This document shows positions 50,201 to 62,760 of a stretch of DNA of 64,000 nucleotides, one piece after another. A program made the position numbers and the translations under genes. Every line of letters starts with the position of its first letter. Positions within the stretch are counted from its first letter, which is position 1. The DNA lies in the NCBI GenBank assembly GCA_964016885.1, contig OZ024744.1, positions 107,942,001 through 108,006,000 of the forward strand, read 5' to 3'. A model generated the notes under the pieces. The model ran no database searches. It was not told the origin of the DNA and saw only the letters and a program-made list of their open reading frames with translations. Source of the DNA: Eledone cirrhosa. Taxonomy: Eukaryota.

Positions 50201-53200
50201 TCAGTGGTGGTGGTGACAGTGGTGCTGGTGTCAGTGGTGGTGGTGTCAGTGGTGTCAGTGATGGTGGTGCTGGTGTCAGTGGTGGTGGTGTCAGTGGTGG
50301 TGGTGACAGTGGTGGTGGTGTCAGTGGTGGTGGTGTCAGTGGTGGTGGTGACAGTGGTGGTGGTGTCAGTGGTGGTGGTGTCAGTGATGGTGGTGCTGGT
50401 GTCAGTGGTGGTGGTGTCAGTGGTGGTGGTGTCAGTGGTGGTGGTGACAGTGGTGGTGGTGTCAGTGGTGGTGGTGACAGTGGTGGTGGTGTCAGTGATG
50501 GTGGTGCTGGTGTCAGTGGTGGTGGTGTCAGTGGTGGTGGTGACAGTGGTGGTGGTGTCAGTGGTGGTGGTGTCAGTGATGGTGGTGGTGGTGTCAGTGG
50601 TGGTGGTGTCAGTGGTGGTGGTGACAGTGGTGGTGGTGTCAGTGGTGGTGGTGTCAGTGATGGTGGTGCTGGTGTCAGTGGTGGTGGTGACAGTGGTGGT
50701 GGTGTCAGTGGTGGTGGTGTCAGTGGTGGTGGTGTCAGTGGTGGTGGTGTCAGTGGTGGTGGTGACAGTGGTGGTGGTGTCAGTGGTGGTGGTGTCAGTG
50801 GTGGTGGTGTCAGTGGTGGTGGTGTCAGTGGTGGTGGTGTCAGTGGTGGTGGTGTCAGTGGTGGTGGTGTCAGTGGTGGTGGTGTCAGTGGTGGTGGTGT
50901 CAGTGGTGGTGGTGTCAGTGGTGGTGGTGTCAGTGATGGTGGTGACAGTGGTGGTGGTGTCAGTTGTGGTGGTGTCAGTGATGGTGGTGACAGTGGTGGT
51001 GGTGTCAGTGGTGGTGGTGTCAGTGGTGGTGGTGTCAGTGGTGGTGGTGACAGTGGTGGTGGTGTCAGTGGTGGTGGTGTCAGTGATGGTGGTGGTGGTG
51101 TCAGTGGTGGTGGTGTCAGTGGTGGTGGTGTCAGTGATGGTGGTGCTGGTGTCAGTGGTGGTGGTGTCAGTGGTGGTGGTGTCAGTGATGGTGGTGTCAG
51201 TGGTGGTGGTGTCAGTGGTGGTGTCATTGGTGGTGGTGTCAGTGGTGGTGGTGTCAGTGATGGTGGTGTCAGTGGTGGTGGTGTCAGTGATGGTGGTGCT
51301 GGTGTCAGTGGTGGTGGTGTCAGTGGTGGTGGTGTCAGTGATGGTGGTGACAGTGGTGGTGGTGTCAGTGGTGGTGGTGTCAGTGGTGGTGGTGTCAGTG
51401 GTGGTGGTGTCAGTGTTGGTGGTGTCAGTGATGGTGGTGACAGTGGTGGTGGTGTCAGTGGTGGTGGTGTCAGTGGTGGTGGTGTCAGTGGTGGTGTCAG
51501 TGGTGGTGGTGTCAGTGGTGGTGGTGTCAGTGGTGGTGGTGTCAGTGGTGGTGGTGTCAGTGATGGTGGTGTCAGTGGTGGTGGTGTCAGTGGTGGTGGT
51601 GTCAGTGGTGGTGGTGTCAGTGGTGGTGGTGTCAGTGGTGGTGGTGTCAGTGGTGGTGGTGTCAGTGGTGGTTGTGTCAGTGGTGGTGGTGTCAGTGGTG
51701 GTGTCAGTGGTGGTGGTGTCATTGGTGGTGGTGTCAGTGGTGGTGGTGTCAGTGGTGGTGGTGTCAGTGGTGGTGTCAGTGGTGGTGGTGTCAGTGGTGG
51801 TGGTGTCAGTGGTGGTGGTGTCAGTGGTGGTGGTGTCAGTGGTGGTGGTGTCAGTGGTGGTGGTGTCAGTGGTGGTGGTGTCAGTGGTGGTGGTGTCAGT
51901 GGTGGTGTCAGTGGTGGTGGTGTCAGTGGTGGTGGTGACAGTGGTGGTGGTGCTGTCAGTGGTGGTGGTGTCAGTGGTGGTGGTGGTGTCAGTGGTGGTG
52001 GTGTCAGTGGTGGTGGTGGTGTCAGTGGTGGTGGTGGTGTCAGTGGTGGTGGTGGTGTCAGTGGTGGTGGTGTCAGTGGTGGTGGTGCTGGTGTCAGTGG
52101 TGGTGGTGTCAGTGGTGGTGGTGTCAGTGGTGGTGGTGGTGTCAGTGGTGGTGGTGTCAGTGGTGGTGGTGGTGTCAGTGGTGGTGGTGTCAGTGGTGGT
52201 GGTGTCAGTGGTGGTGGTGGTGTCAGTGGTGGTGGTGTCAGTGGTGGTGGTGACAGTGGTGGTGGTGGTGTCAGTGGTGGTGGTGTCAGTGGTGGTGGTG
52301 GTGTCAGTGGTGGTGGTGTCAGTGGTGGTGGTGGTGTCAGTGGTGGTGGTGTCAGTGGTGGTGGTGGTGTCAGTGGTGGTGGTGGTGTCAGTGGTGGTGG
52401 TGTCAGTGGTGGTGGTGCTGGTGTCAGTGGTGGTGGTGTCAGTGGTGGTGGTGTCAGTGGTGGTGGTGGTGTCAGTGGTGGTGGTGTCAGTGGTGGTGGT
52501 GGTGTCAGTGGTGGTGGTGTCAGTGGTGGTGGTGTCAGTGGTGGTGGTGGTGTCAGTGGTGGTGGTGTCAGTGGTGGTGGTGACAGTGGTGGTGGTGGTG
52601 TCAGTGGTGGTGGTGTCAGTGGTGGTGGTGGTGTCAGTGGTGGTGGTGTCAGTGGTGGTGGTGGTGTCAGTGGTGGTGGTGGTGTCAGTGGTGGTGGTGT
52701 CAGTGGTGGTGGTGTCAGTGGTGGTGGTGGTGTCAGTGGTGGTGGTGTCAGTGGTGGTGGTGGTGTCAGTGGTGGTGGTGTCAGTGGTGGTGGTGGTGTC
52801 AGTGGTGGTGGTGGTGTCAGTGGTGGTGGTGGTGTCAGTGGTGGTGGTGGTGTCAGTGGTGGTGGTGTCAGTGGTGGTGGTGTCAGTGATGGTGGTGTCA
52901 GTGGTGGTGGTGTCAGTGGTGGTGGTGTCAGTGGTGGTGGTGTCAGTGGTGGTGGTGTCAGTGGTGGTGGTGTCAGTGGTGGTGGTGTCAGTGGTGGTGG
53001 TGTCAGTGGTGGTGGTGTCAGTGGTGGTGTCAGTGGTGGTGGTGTCATTGGTGGTGGTGTCAGTGGTGGTGGTGTCAGTGGTGGTGGTGTCAGTGGTGGT
53101 GTCAGTGGTGGTGGTGTCAGTGGTGGTGGTGTCAGTGGTGGTGGTGGTGTTAGTGGTGGTGGTGGTGTCAGTGGTGGTGGTGTCAGTGGTGGTGGTGGTG

Positions 53201-56200
53201 TCAGTGGTGGTGGTGGTGTCAGTGGTGGTGGTGGTGTCAGTGGTGGTGGTGGTGTCAGTGGTGGTGGTGTCAGTGGTGGTGGTGGTGTCAGTGGTGGTGG
53301 TGTCAGTGGTGGTGGTGGTGTCAGTGGTGGTGGTGTCAGTGGTGGTGGTGGTGTTAGTGGTGGTGGTGGTGTCAGTGGTGGTGGTGTCAGTGGTGGTGGT
53401 GGTGTCAGTGGTGGTGGTGGTGTCAGTGGTGGTGGTGGTGTCAGTGGTGGTGGTGGTGTCAGTGGTGGTGGTGTCAGTGGTGGTGGTGTCAGTGGTGGTG
53501 GTGGTGTCAGTGGTGGTGGTGTCAGTGGTGGTGGTGGTGTCAGTGGTGGTGGTGTCAGTGGTGGTGGTGGTGTTAGTGGTGGTGGTGGTGTCAGTGGTGG
53601 TGGTGTCAGTGGTGGTGGTGTCAGTGGTGGTGGTGGTGTCAGTGGTGGTGGTGGTGTCAGTGGTGGTGGTGGTGTCAGTGGTGGTGGTGGTGTCAGTGGT
53701 GGTGGTGTCAGTGGTGGTGGTGTCAGTGGTGGTGGTGGTGTCAGTGGTGGTGGTGGTGTCAGTGGTGGTGGTGTCAGTGGTGGTGGTGTCAGTGGTGGTG
53801 GTGTCAGTGGTGGTGGTGTCAGTGGTGGTGGTGTCAGTGGTGGTGGTGTCAGTGGTGGTGGTGGTGTCAGTGGTGGTGGTGTCAGTGGTGGTGGTGTCAG
53901 TGGTGGTGGTGGTGTCAGTGGTGGTGGTGGTGTCAGTGGTGGTGGTGTCAGTGGTGGTGGTGTCAGTGGTGGTGGTGGTGTCAGTGGTGGTGGTGGTGTC
54001 AGTGGTGGTGGTGTCAGTGGTGGTGGTGTCAGTGGTGGTGGTGTCAGTGGTGGTGGTGGTGTCAGTGGTGGTGGTGTCAGTGGTGGTGGTGTCAGTGGTG
54101 GTGGTGGTGTCAGTGGTGGTGGTGGTGTCAGTGGTGGTGGTGTCAGTGGTGGTGGTGTCAGTGGTGGTGGTGGTGTCAGTGGTGGTGGTGGTGTCAGTGG
54201 TGGTGGTGTCAGTGGTGGTGGTGTCAGTGGTGGTGGTGGTGTCAGTGGTGGTGGTGGTGTCAGTGGTGGTGGTGTCAGTGGTGGTGGTGTCAGTGGTGGT
54301 GGTGTCAGTGGTGGTGGTGTCAGTGATGGTGGTGTCAGTGGTGGTGGTGTCAGTGGTGGTGTCAGTGATGGTGGTGTCAGTGGTGGTGGTGTCAGTGGTG
54401 GTGGTGTCAGTGGTGGTGGTGTCAGTGGTGGTGGTGTCAGTGGTGGTGGTGTCAGTGGTGGTGGTGTCGGTGGTGGTGGTGTCAGTGGTAGTGGTGTCAG
54501 TGATGGTGGTGTCAGTGGTGGTGGTGTCAGTGGTGGTGGTGTCAGTGGTTGTGGTGTCAGTGGTGGTGGTGACAGTGGTGGTGGTGTCAGTGGTGGTGGT
54601 GTCAGTGGTGGTGGTGGTGTCAGTGGTGGTGATGACAGTGGTGGTGGTGTCAGTGGTGGTGGTGTCAGTGGTGGTGGTGTCAGTGGTGGTGGTGTCAGTG
54701 ATTGTGGTGTCAGTGGTGGTGATGACAGTGGTGGTGGTGTCAGTGGTGGTGGTGTCAGTGGTGGTGGTGTCAGTGGTGGTGGTGTCAGTGTTGGTGGTGT
54801 CAGTGGTGGTGGTGTCAGTGATGGTGGTGGTGTCAGTGGTGGTGGTGTCAGTGGTGGTGGTGTCAGTGGTGGCGGTGTCAGTGGTGGTGGTGTCAGTGGT
54901 GGTGGTGTCAGTGGTGGTGGTGTCAGTGGTGGTGGTGTCAGTGGTGGTGGTGGTGTCAGTGGAGGTGGTGGTGTTAGTGGTGGTGATGACAGTGGTGGTG
55001 GTGTCAGTGGTGACGGTGTCAGTGGTGGTGGTGTCAGTGGTGGTGGTGTAGGTGGTGGTGGTGTCAGTGGTGGTGGTGTCAGTGGTGGTAGTGTCAGTGG
55101 TGGTGGTGTCAGTGGTGTTGGTGTCAGTGGTGGTGGTGTCAGTGGTGGTGGTGTCATTGGTGGTGGTGTCAGTGGTGTTGGTGTCAGTGGTGGTGGTGTC
55201 AGTGGTGGTGGTGTCAGTGATGGTGGTGTCAGTGGTGTTGGTGTCAGTGGTGGTGGTGTCAGTGGTGGTGGTGTCAGTGATGGTGGTGGTGGTGTCAGTG
55301 ATGGTGGTGTCAGTGATGGTGGTGTCAGTGGTGGTGGTGTCAGTGGTGGTGGTGGTGGTGTCAGTGGTGGTGGTGTCAGTGCTGTTGGTGTCAGTGGTGG
55401 TGGTGTCAGTGGTGGTGGTGTCAGTGGTGGTGGTGTCAGTGGTGGTGGTGTCAGTGGTGGTGGTGGTGTCAGTGGTGGTGGTGGTGTCAGTGGTGGCGGT
55501 GTCAGTGGTGGTGGTGTCAGTGGTGGTGGTGTCAGTGATGGTGGTGTCAGTGGTGTTGGTGTCAGTGGTGGTGGTGTCAGTGGTGGTGGTGTCAGTGATG
55601 GTGGTGGTGGGGTCAGTGATGGTGGTGTCAGTGATGGTGGTGTCAGTGGTGGTGGTGTCAGTGGTGGTGGTGTCGGTGGTGGTGGTGTCAGTGGTGGTGG
55701 TGTCAGTGGTGGTGGTGTTGTCAGTGGAGGTGGTGGTGTTAGTGGTGGTGATGACAGTGGTGGTGGTGTCAGTGGTGGTGGTGTCAGTGGTGGTGGTGTC
55801 AGTGGTGGTGGTGTCAGTGGTGGTGGTGTCAGTGGTGGTGGTGTCAGTGGTGGTGGTGTCAGTGGTGGTGGTGTTGTCAGTGGAGGTGGTGGTGTTAGTG
55901 GTGGTGATGACAGTGGTGGTGGTGTCAGTGGTGGCGGTGTCAGTGGTGGTGGTGTCAGTGGTGGTGGTGTCAGTGATGGTGGTGTCAGTGGTGTTGGTGT
56001 CAGTGGTGGTGGTGTCAGTGGTGGTGGTGTCAGTGGTGGTGGTGTCAGTGGTGGTGGTGTCAGTGGTGGTGGTGTCAGTGGTGGTGGTGCTGGTGTCAGT
56101 GATGGTGGTGTCAGTGATGGTGGTGTCAGTGGTGGTGGTGTCAGTGGTGGTGGTGGTGGTGTCAGTGGTGGTGGTGTCAGTGGTGGTGGTGTCAGTGGTG

Positions 56201-59200
56201 GTGGTGTCAGTGGTGGTGGTGTCAGTGGTGGTGGTGTCAGTGGTGGTGGTGTCAGTGGTGGTGGTGGTGTCAGTGGTGGTGGTGTCAGTGATTGTGGTGT
56301 CAGTGGTGGTGGTGTCAGTGGTGGTGGTGGTGTCAGTGGTGGTGGTGGCGTCAGTGGTGGTGGTGTCAGTGGTGGTGGTGTCAGTGGTGGTGGTGTCAGT
56401 GGTGGTGGTGTCAGTGATGGTGGTGTCAGTGGTGGTGGTGTCAGTGGTGGTGTCAGTGATGGTGGTGTCAGTGGTGGTGGTGTCAGTGGTGGTGGTGTCA
56501 GTGGTGGTGGTGTCAGTGGTGGTGGTGTCAGTGGTGGTGGTGTCAGTGGTGGTGGTGTCAGTGGTGGTGGTGTCGGTGGTGGTGGTGTCAGTGGTGGTGG
56601 TGTCAGTGATGGTGGTGTCAGTGGTGGTGGTGTCAGTGGTGGTGGTGTCAGTGGTGGTGGTGTCAGTGGTGGTGGTGACAGTGGTGGTGGTGTCAGTGGT
56701 GGTGGTGTCAGTGGTGGTGGTGTCAGTGGTGGTGGTGTCAGTGGTGGTGGTGTCAGTGATGGTGGTGGTGTCAGTGGTGGTGGTGTCAGTGGTGGTGGTG
56801 TCAGTGGTGGCGGTGTCAGTGGTGGTGGTGTCAGTGGTGGTGGTGTCGGTGGTGTCAGTGATGGTGGTGCTGGTGTCAGTGGTGGTCGTGTCAGTGGTGG
56901 TGGTGTCAGTGGTGGTGGTGTCAGTGGTGGTGGTGGTGTCAGTGGTGGTGATGACAGTGGTGGTGGTGTCAGTGGTGGTGGTGTCAGTGGTGGTGGTGTC
57001 AGTGGTGGTGGTGTCAGTGGTGGTGGTGTCAGTGGTGGTGGTGTCAGTGGTGGTGGTGTCAGTGGTGGTGGTGTCAGTGTTGGTGGTGTCAGTGGTGGTG
57101 GTGTCAGTGATGGTGGTGGTGTCAGAGGTGGTGGTGTCAGTGGTGGTGGTGTCAGTGGTGGCGGTGTCAGTGGTGGTGGTGTCAGTGGTGGTGGTGTCGG
57201 TGGTGTCAGTGATGGTGGTGCTGGTGTCAGTGGTGGTCGTGTCAGTGGTGGTGGTGTCAGTGGTGGTGGTGTCAGTGGTGGTGGTGTCAGTGGTGGTGGT
57301 GTCAGTGATTGTGGTGTCAGTGGTGGTGATGACAGTGGTGGTGGTGTCAGTGGTGGTGTTGTCAGTGGTGGTGGTGTCAGTGGTGGTGGTGTCAGTGTTG
57401 GTGGTGTCAGTGGTGGTGGTGTCAGTGATGGTGGTGGTGTCAGTGGTGGTGGTGTCAGTGGTGGTGGTGTCAGTGGTGGCGGTGTCAGTGGTGGTGGTGT
57501 CAGTGGTGGTGGTGTCAGTGGTGGTTGTGTCAGTGGTGGTGGTGTCAGTGGTGGTGGTGGTGTCAGTGGAGGTGGTGGTGTTAGTGGTGGTGATGACAGT
57601 GGTGGTGGTGTCAGTGGTGACGGTGTCAGTGGTGGTGGTGTCAGTGGTGGTGGTGTAGGTGGTGGTGGTGTCAGTGGTGGTGGTGTCAGTGGTGGTGGTG
57701 TCAGTGGTGGTGGTGTCAGTGGTGTTGGTGTCAGTGGTGGTGGTGTCAGTGGTGGTGGTGTCAGTGGTGGTGGTGTCAGTGGTGTTGGTGTCAGTAGTGG
57801 TGGTGTCAGTGGTGGTGGTGTCAGTGATGGTGGTGTCAGTGGTGTTGGTGTCAGTGGTGGTGGTGTCAGTGGTGGTGGTGTCAGTGATGGTGGTGGTGGT
57901 GTCAGTGATGGTGGTGTCATTGATGGTGGTGTCAGTGGTGGTGGTGTCAGTGGTGGTGGTGGTGTCAGTGGTGGTGGTGTCAGTGCTGTTGGTGTCAGTG
58001 GTGGTGGTGTCAGTGGTGGTGGTGTCAGTGGTGGTGGTGTCAGTGGTGGTGGTGGTGTCAGTGGTGGTGGTGGTGTCAGTGGTGGCGGTGTCAGTGGTGG
58101 TGGTGTCAGTGGTGGTGGTGTCAGTGATGGTGGTGTCAGTGGTGGTGGTGTCAGTGATGGTGGTGGTGGTGTCAGTGATGGTGGTGTCAGTGATGGTGGT
58201 GTCAGTGGTGGTGGTCTCAGTGGTGGTGGTGTCAGTGGTGGTGGTGTCAGTGGTGGTGGTGTCAGTGGTGGTGGTGTCAGTGGTGGTGGTGTCAGTGGTG
58301 GTGGTGTCAGTGGTGGTGGTGTCAGTGGTGGTGGTGACAGTGGTGGTGGTGTCAGTGGTGGCGGTGTCAGTGGTGGTGGTGGTGTTAGTGGTGGTGATGA
58401 CAGTGGTGGTGGTGTCAGTGGTGGCGGTGTCAGTGGTGGTGGTGTCAGTGGTGGTGGTGTCAGTGATGGTGGTGTCAGTGGTGTTGGTGTCAGTGGTGGT
58501 GGTGTCAGTGGTGGTGGTGTCAGTGGTGGTGGTGTCAGTGGTGGTGCTGTCAGTGGAGGTGGTGGTGTTAGTGGTGGTGATGACAGTGGTGGTGGTGTCA
58601 GTGGTGGCGGTGGTGTTAGTGGTGGTGGTGTCAGTGGTGGTGGTGTCAGTGATGGTGGTGTCAGTGGTGTTGGTGTCAGTGGTGGTGGTGTCAGTGGTGG
58701 TGGTGTCAGTGGTGGTGGTGTCAGTGGTGGTGGTGTCAGTGGTGGTGGTGTCAGTGGTGGTGGTGCTGGTGTCAGTGATGGTGGTGTCAGTGATGGTGGT
58801 GTCAGTGGTGGTGGTGTCAGTGGTGGTGGTGGTGGTGTCAGTGGTGGTGGTGTCAGTGGTGATGGTGTCAGTGGTGGTGGTGTCAGTGGTGGTGGTGTCA
58901 GTGGTGGTGGTGTCAGTGGTGGTGGTGTCAGTGATGGTGGTGGTGGTGTCAGTGGTGGTGGTGTCAGTGGTGGTGGTGTCAGTGGTGGTGGTGTCAGTGG
59001 TGGTGGTGTCAGTGGTGGTGGTGTCAGTGGTGGTGGTGTCAGTGGTGGTGGTGTCAGTGGTGGGGGTGTCAGTGGTGGTGGTGTCAGTGGTGGTGGTGTC
59101 AGTGATGGTGGTGGTGGTGTCAGTGGTGGTGGTGTCAGTGGTGGTGGTGTCAGTGGTGGTGGTGTCAGTGGTTGTGGTGTTAGTGGTGGTGGTGTCAGTG

Positions 59201-61140
59201 ATGGTGGTGGTGGTGTCAGTGGTGGTGGTGTCAGTGGTGGTGGTGTCAGTGGTGGTGGTGTCAGTGGTGGTGGTGTCAGTGGTGGTGGTGTCAGTGGTGG
59301 TGGTGTCAGTGGTGGTGGTGTCAGTGGTGGTGGTGTCAGTGGTGGTGGTGTCAGTGATGGTGGTGGTGGTGTCAGTGATGGTGGTGGTGGTGGTGGTGTC
59401 AGTGGTGGTGGTGTCAGTGGTGGTGGTGTCAGTGGTGGTGGTGTCAGTGGTTGTGGTGTCAGTGGTGGTGGTGTCAGTGGTGGTGGTGGTGGTGTCAGTG
59501 GTGGTGGTGTCAGTGGTGGTGGTGTCAGTGGTGGTGGTGTCAGTGGTGGTGGTGTCAGTGGTGGTGGTGTCAGTGATGGTGGTGGTGGTGTCAGTGGTGG
59601 TGGTGTCAGTGGTGGTGGTGTCAGTGGTGGTGGTGTCAGTGGTGGTGGTGTCAGTGGTGGTGGTGTCAGTGGTGGTGGTGTCAGTGATGGTGGTGGTGGT
59701 GTCAGTGGTGGTGGTGTCAGTGGTGGTGGTGTCAGTGGTGGTGGTGTCAGTGGTGGTGGTGTCAGTGGTGGTGGTGTCAGTGGTGGTGGTGTCAGTGATG
59801 GTGGTGGTGGTGGTGGTGTCAGTGGTGGTGGTGTCAGTGGTGGTGGTGTCAGTGGTGGTGGTGTCAGTGATGGTGGTGGTGGTGTCAGTGATGGTGATGG
59901 TGGTGGTGGTGTCGGTGGTGGTGGTGTCGGTGGTGGTGTCGGTGACGGTGGTGTCAGTGGTGGTGGTGTCAGTGGTGGTGGTGTCAGTGGTGGTAGTGTT
60001 AGTGGTGGTGGTGTCAGTGATGGTGGTGACAGTGGTGGTGGTGTCAGTGATGGTGGTGGTGGTGTCAGTGGTGGTGGTGTCAGTGGTGGTGGTGTCAGTG
60101 ATGGTGGTGACAGTGGTGGTGGTGGTGTCAGTGATGGTGGTGGTGGTGTCAGTGGTGGTGGTGTCAGTGGTGGTGGTGTCAGTGGTGGTGGTGTCAGTGA
60201 TGGTGGTGTCAGTGGTGGTGGTGTCAGTGGTGGTGGTGTCAGTGGTGGTGGTGTCAGTGGTGGTGGTGGTGGTGTCAGTGATGGTGGTGGTGGTGGTGGT
60301 GTCAGTGGTGGTGGTGGTGGTGGTGTCAGTGGTGGTGGTGTCAGTGGTGGTGGTGTCAGTGGTGGTGGTGTCAGTGGTGGTGGTGTCAGTGGTGGTGGTG
60401 TCAGTGATGGTGGTGTCAGTGGTGGTGGTGTCAGTGGTGGTGGTGTCAGTGGTGGTGGTGTCAGTGGTGGTGGTGGTGTCAGTGGTGGTGGTGGTGTCAG
60501 TGGTGGTGGTGTCGGTGGTGGTGGTGTCAGTGGTGGTGGTGTCAGTGGTGGTGGTGTCGGTGATGGTGGTGTCAGTGGTGGTGGTGTCAGTGGTGGTGGT
60601 GGTGTCAGTGGTGGTGGTGGTGTCAGTGGTGGTGGTGTCGGTGGTGGTGGTGTCAGTGGTGGTGGTGTCAGTGGTGGTGGTGTCGGTGGTGGTGGTGTCA
60701 GTGGTGGTGGTGTCAGTGGTGGTGGTGTCGGTGGTGGTGGTGTCAGTGGTGGTGGTGTCAGTGGTGGTGGTGTCGGTGATTGTGTCAGTGGTGGTGGTGT
60801 CAGTGGTGGTGGTGTCAGTGGTGGTGGTGTCAGTGGTGGTGGTGTCAGTGGTGGTGGTGTCAGTGGTGATGGTGTCAGTGGTGGTGGTGTCAGTGGTGGT
60901 GGTGTCGGTGATGGTGGTGTCAGTGGTGGTGGTGTCAGTGGTGGTGGTGTCGGTGATGGTGGTGTCAGTGGTGGTGGTGTCAGTGGTGGTGGTGTCAGTG
61001 ATGGCGGTGTCAGTGGTGGTGGTGTCAGTGGTGGTGGTGGTGTCAGTGGTGGTGGTGTCAGTGGTGGTGGTGTCGGTGATGGTGGTGTCAGTGATGGTGG
61101 TGTCAGTGGTGGTGGTGTCGGTGATGGTGGTGTCAGTGAT
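41213..61140. repeat. ~20-kb G-rich satellite, core unit GGTGGTGGTGTCAGT (15 bp; 12/18/21-bp variants) with higher-order repeats
   Basis: Direct inspection; rare variants recur at 3159-3174-bp and 2607-bp offsets. Confidence 0.97.
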
Positions 61141-61429
61141 AAATATTATTTCATTATTACTGAAGGAAAAATTCCAGAAGTTGTTTCATTCAAAGATATT
61201 CTGTTTATCTTCCCTGAACCCCGAGCACACTTCAACTACCTCCCTCCACACTTACACCTCCATCCTACTTCCGTCCCACCACCATCCCCCCATCCTCCTT
61301 CACATCCCTTCCACTACCCTCTGGTATCTTCCTCCTATCCCACCCCAGGGCTCCATGTCACGAGCTGGCAGTCTAAGATTTCTTTATCTGTTTTAACCTT
61401 TAAAAAATTGGATTCCTTTACAGACGATA

Positions 61430-62415
61430 CAGGAAGAAGGAAAGGAGAGAGAGAGAGGGAGATGGGAAGACGGAGAGAGAGAGAGAGAGAGAGAGGGGGG
61501 AAGAGGTGGAGTGAAAGAATTAGAGAGAAAGAATGAGAAAGTGTGTCAGAGAGAGAGAGAGAGAGAGGGAGAGGGAGAGGGAGAGAGAGAGAGAAAGAGA
61601 GAGAGAGAGGGAGAGAGGGAGGGAGGAATAGAATATAAGGATGGAATAAATGAAAGGAAACAAAGGAATTGTGGCAGAATGACAGAAAATTAAGGAAAGA
61701 GAAAGGAATGAAGAAGAAATAAACGAAAAAGTGAAAGGAAAAAGAGTGAAAGAATAAATAAAAGAAAAAGAAAGAAGGATGAAGGAAAGAAAGGAGGAAC
61801 GAAAGAAAGAAAGAAGGAGCGAAAGAAAGAAAGGAGGAACGAAAGAAAGAAAGAAAGAAGGAGCGAAGAAAGAAAGGAGGAACGAAAGAAAGAAAGGAGG
61901 AACGAGGGACTGACGAAATATATGGAAAAATGATAGAAAGCACGAAAGAATATATAGGAAAGAATTAAATAGGGACAAAATAAAAACGAAAAAAGGAAAA
62001 AAACTGAAGAACTTTGAAAAAGAATGAATAAAAAAAAAAATAGTAAGGAATAAAAGAAAGAAAAACTATAAGAATAAGTGAAATAGAAAGAAGAAAGTAG
62101 GAATAAAAAGAGAATGAAGGAAAGAATAAAAGAAATAATGATGAAGAGAAGTAGGAAAGAAATTATGAAATAATTAAAAGAAAAAAGAAATGGATGGGAG
62201 AATGAAATAATAAATGGAAGACATAATGAAGGAGGGGAGAATGAAGGAAATAATTTAAGGATGAATAAAAAGCGAAGAAGTATTTGGAGATAGAAATAAT
62301 CAAGTTTTAAAATAATAAATACATGGAACAATTAAGAATGAAAAGAAAAAAGAGAATATGGCAGAATGAGAGAAAATATGAAAGAAAGAAAGATAAACGA
62401 AGAGAGAATGAAGCG
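61430..62415. repeat. Purine-rich low-complexity tract ((GA)n, (GAAA)n)
   Basis: Direct inspection. Confidence 0.9.
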
Positions 62416-62634
62416 ACCCCCCCCCCCCCCTACTGAATGGAAGAGAATGAAAGAAGGAATTGTAATTCGGTTTGGAGGACAAGTGTTCCAGCTTTTGGGT
62501 CAACCGAGCACCCTGCTCATGAAATTAATGACTGAGCATTGTTCAGACACGTGTACTCATAACATAATTCTCAGGGAGATTCGGCGTGGCGCAGTGTATG
62601 ATAAGGTTGGCCGTTTGAATTACAGCTACGGTCA

Positions 62635-62760
62635 AAGTTTCTGCCGCCTACCAAAATTCACTCACAAGATATGGGTTAACTCGAGACTATGGAAAACGAC
62701 ACTTGGCCAAGATGCCATAAAGAGATTGAATTCGGGAGGATATAAAATGATTGCAAAGCA
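62635..62760 (-). mobile_element. Degenerate CORE-type SINE fragment
   Basis: Minus strand ggcatcttggccaagtgtc...cttgtgagtgaattttggtag. Confidence 0.5.

Noticed and set aside
42241-61536. 6431-aa GGGVS ORF, with poly-V and LTPPP ORFs, as silk- or extensin-like genes
   Set aside because: The 15-mer is inherently stop-free in four of six frames; starts are arbitrary GTG/ATG within the repeat; no signal peptide; the plus frame ends in GA low-complexity sequence
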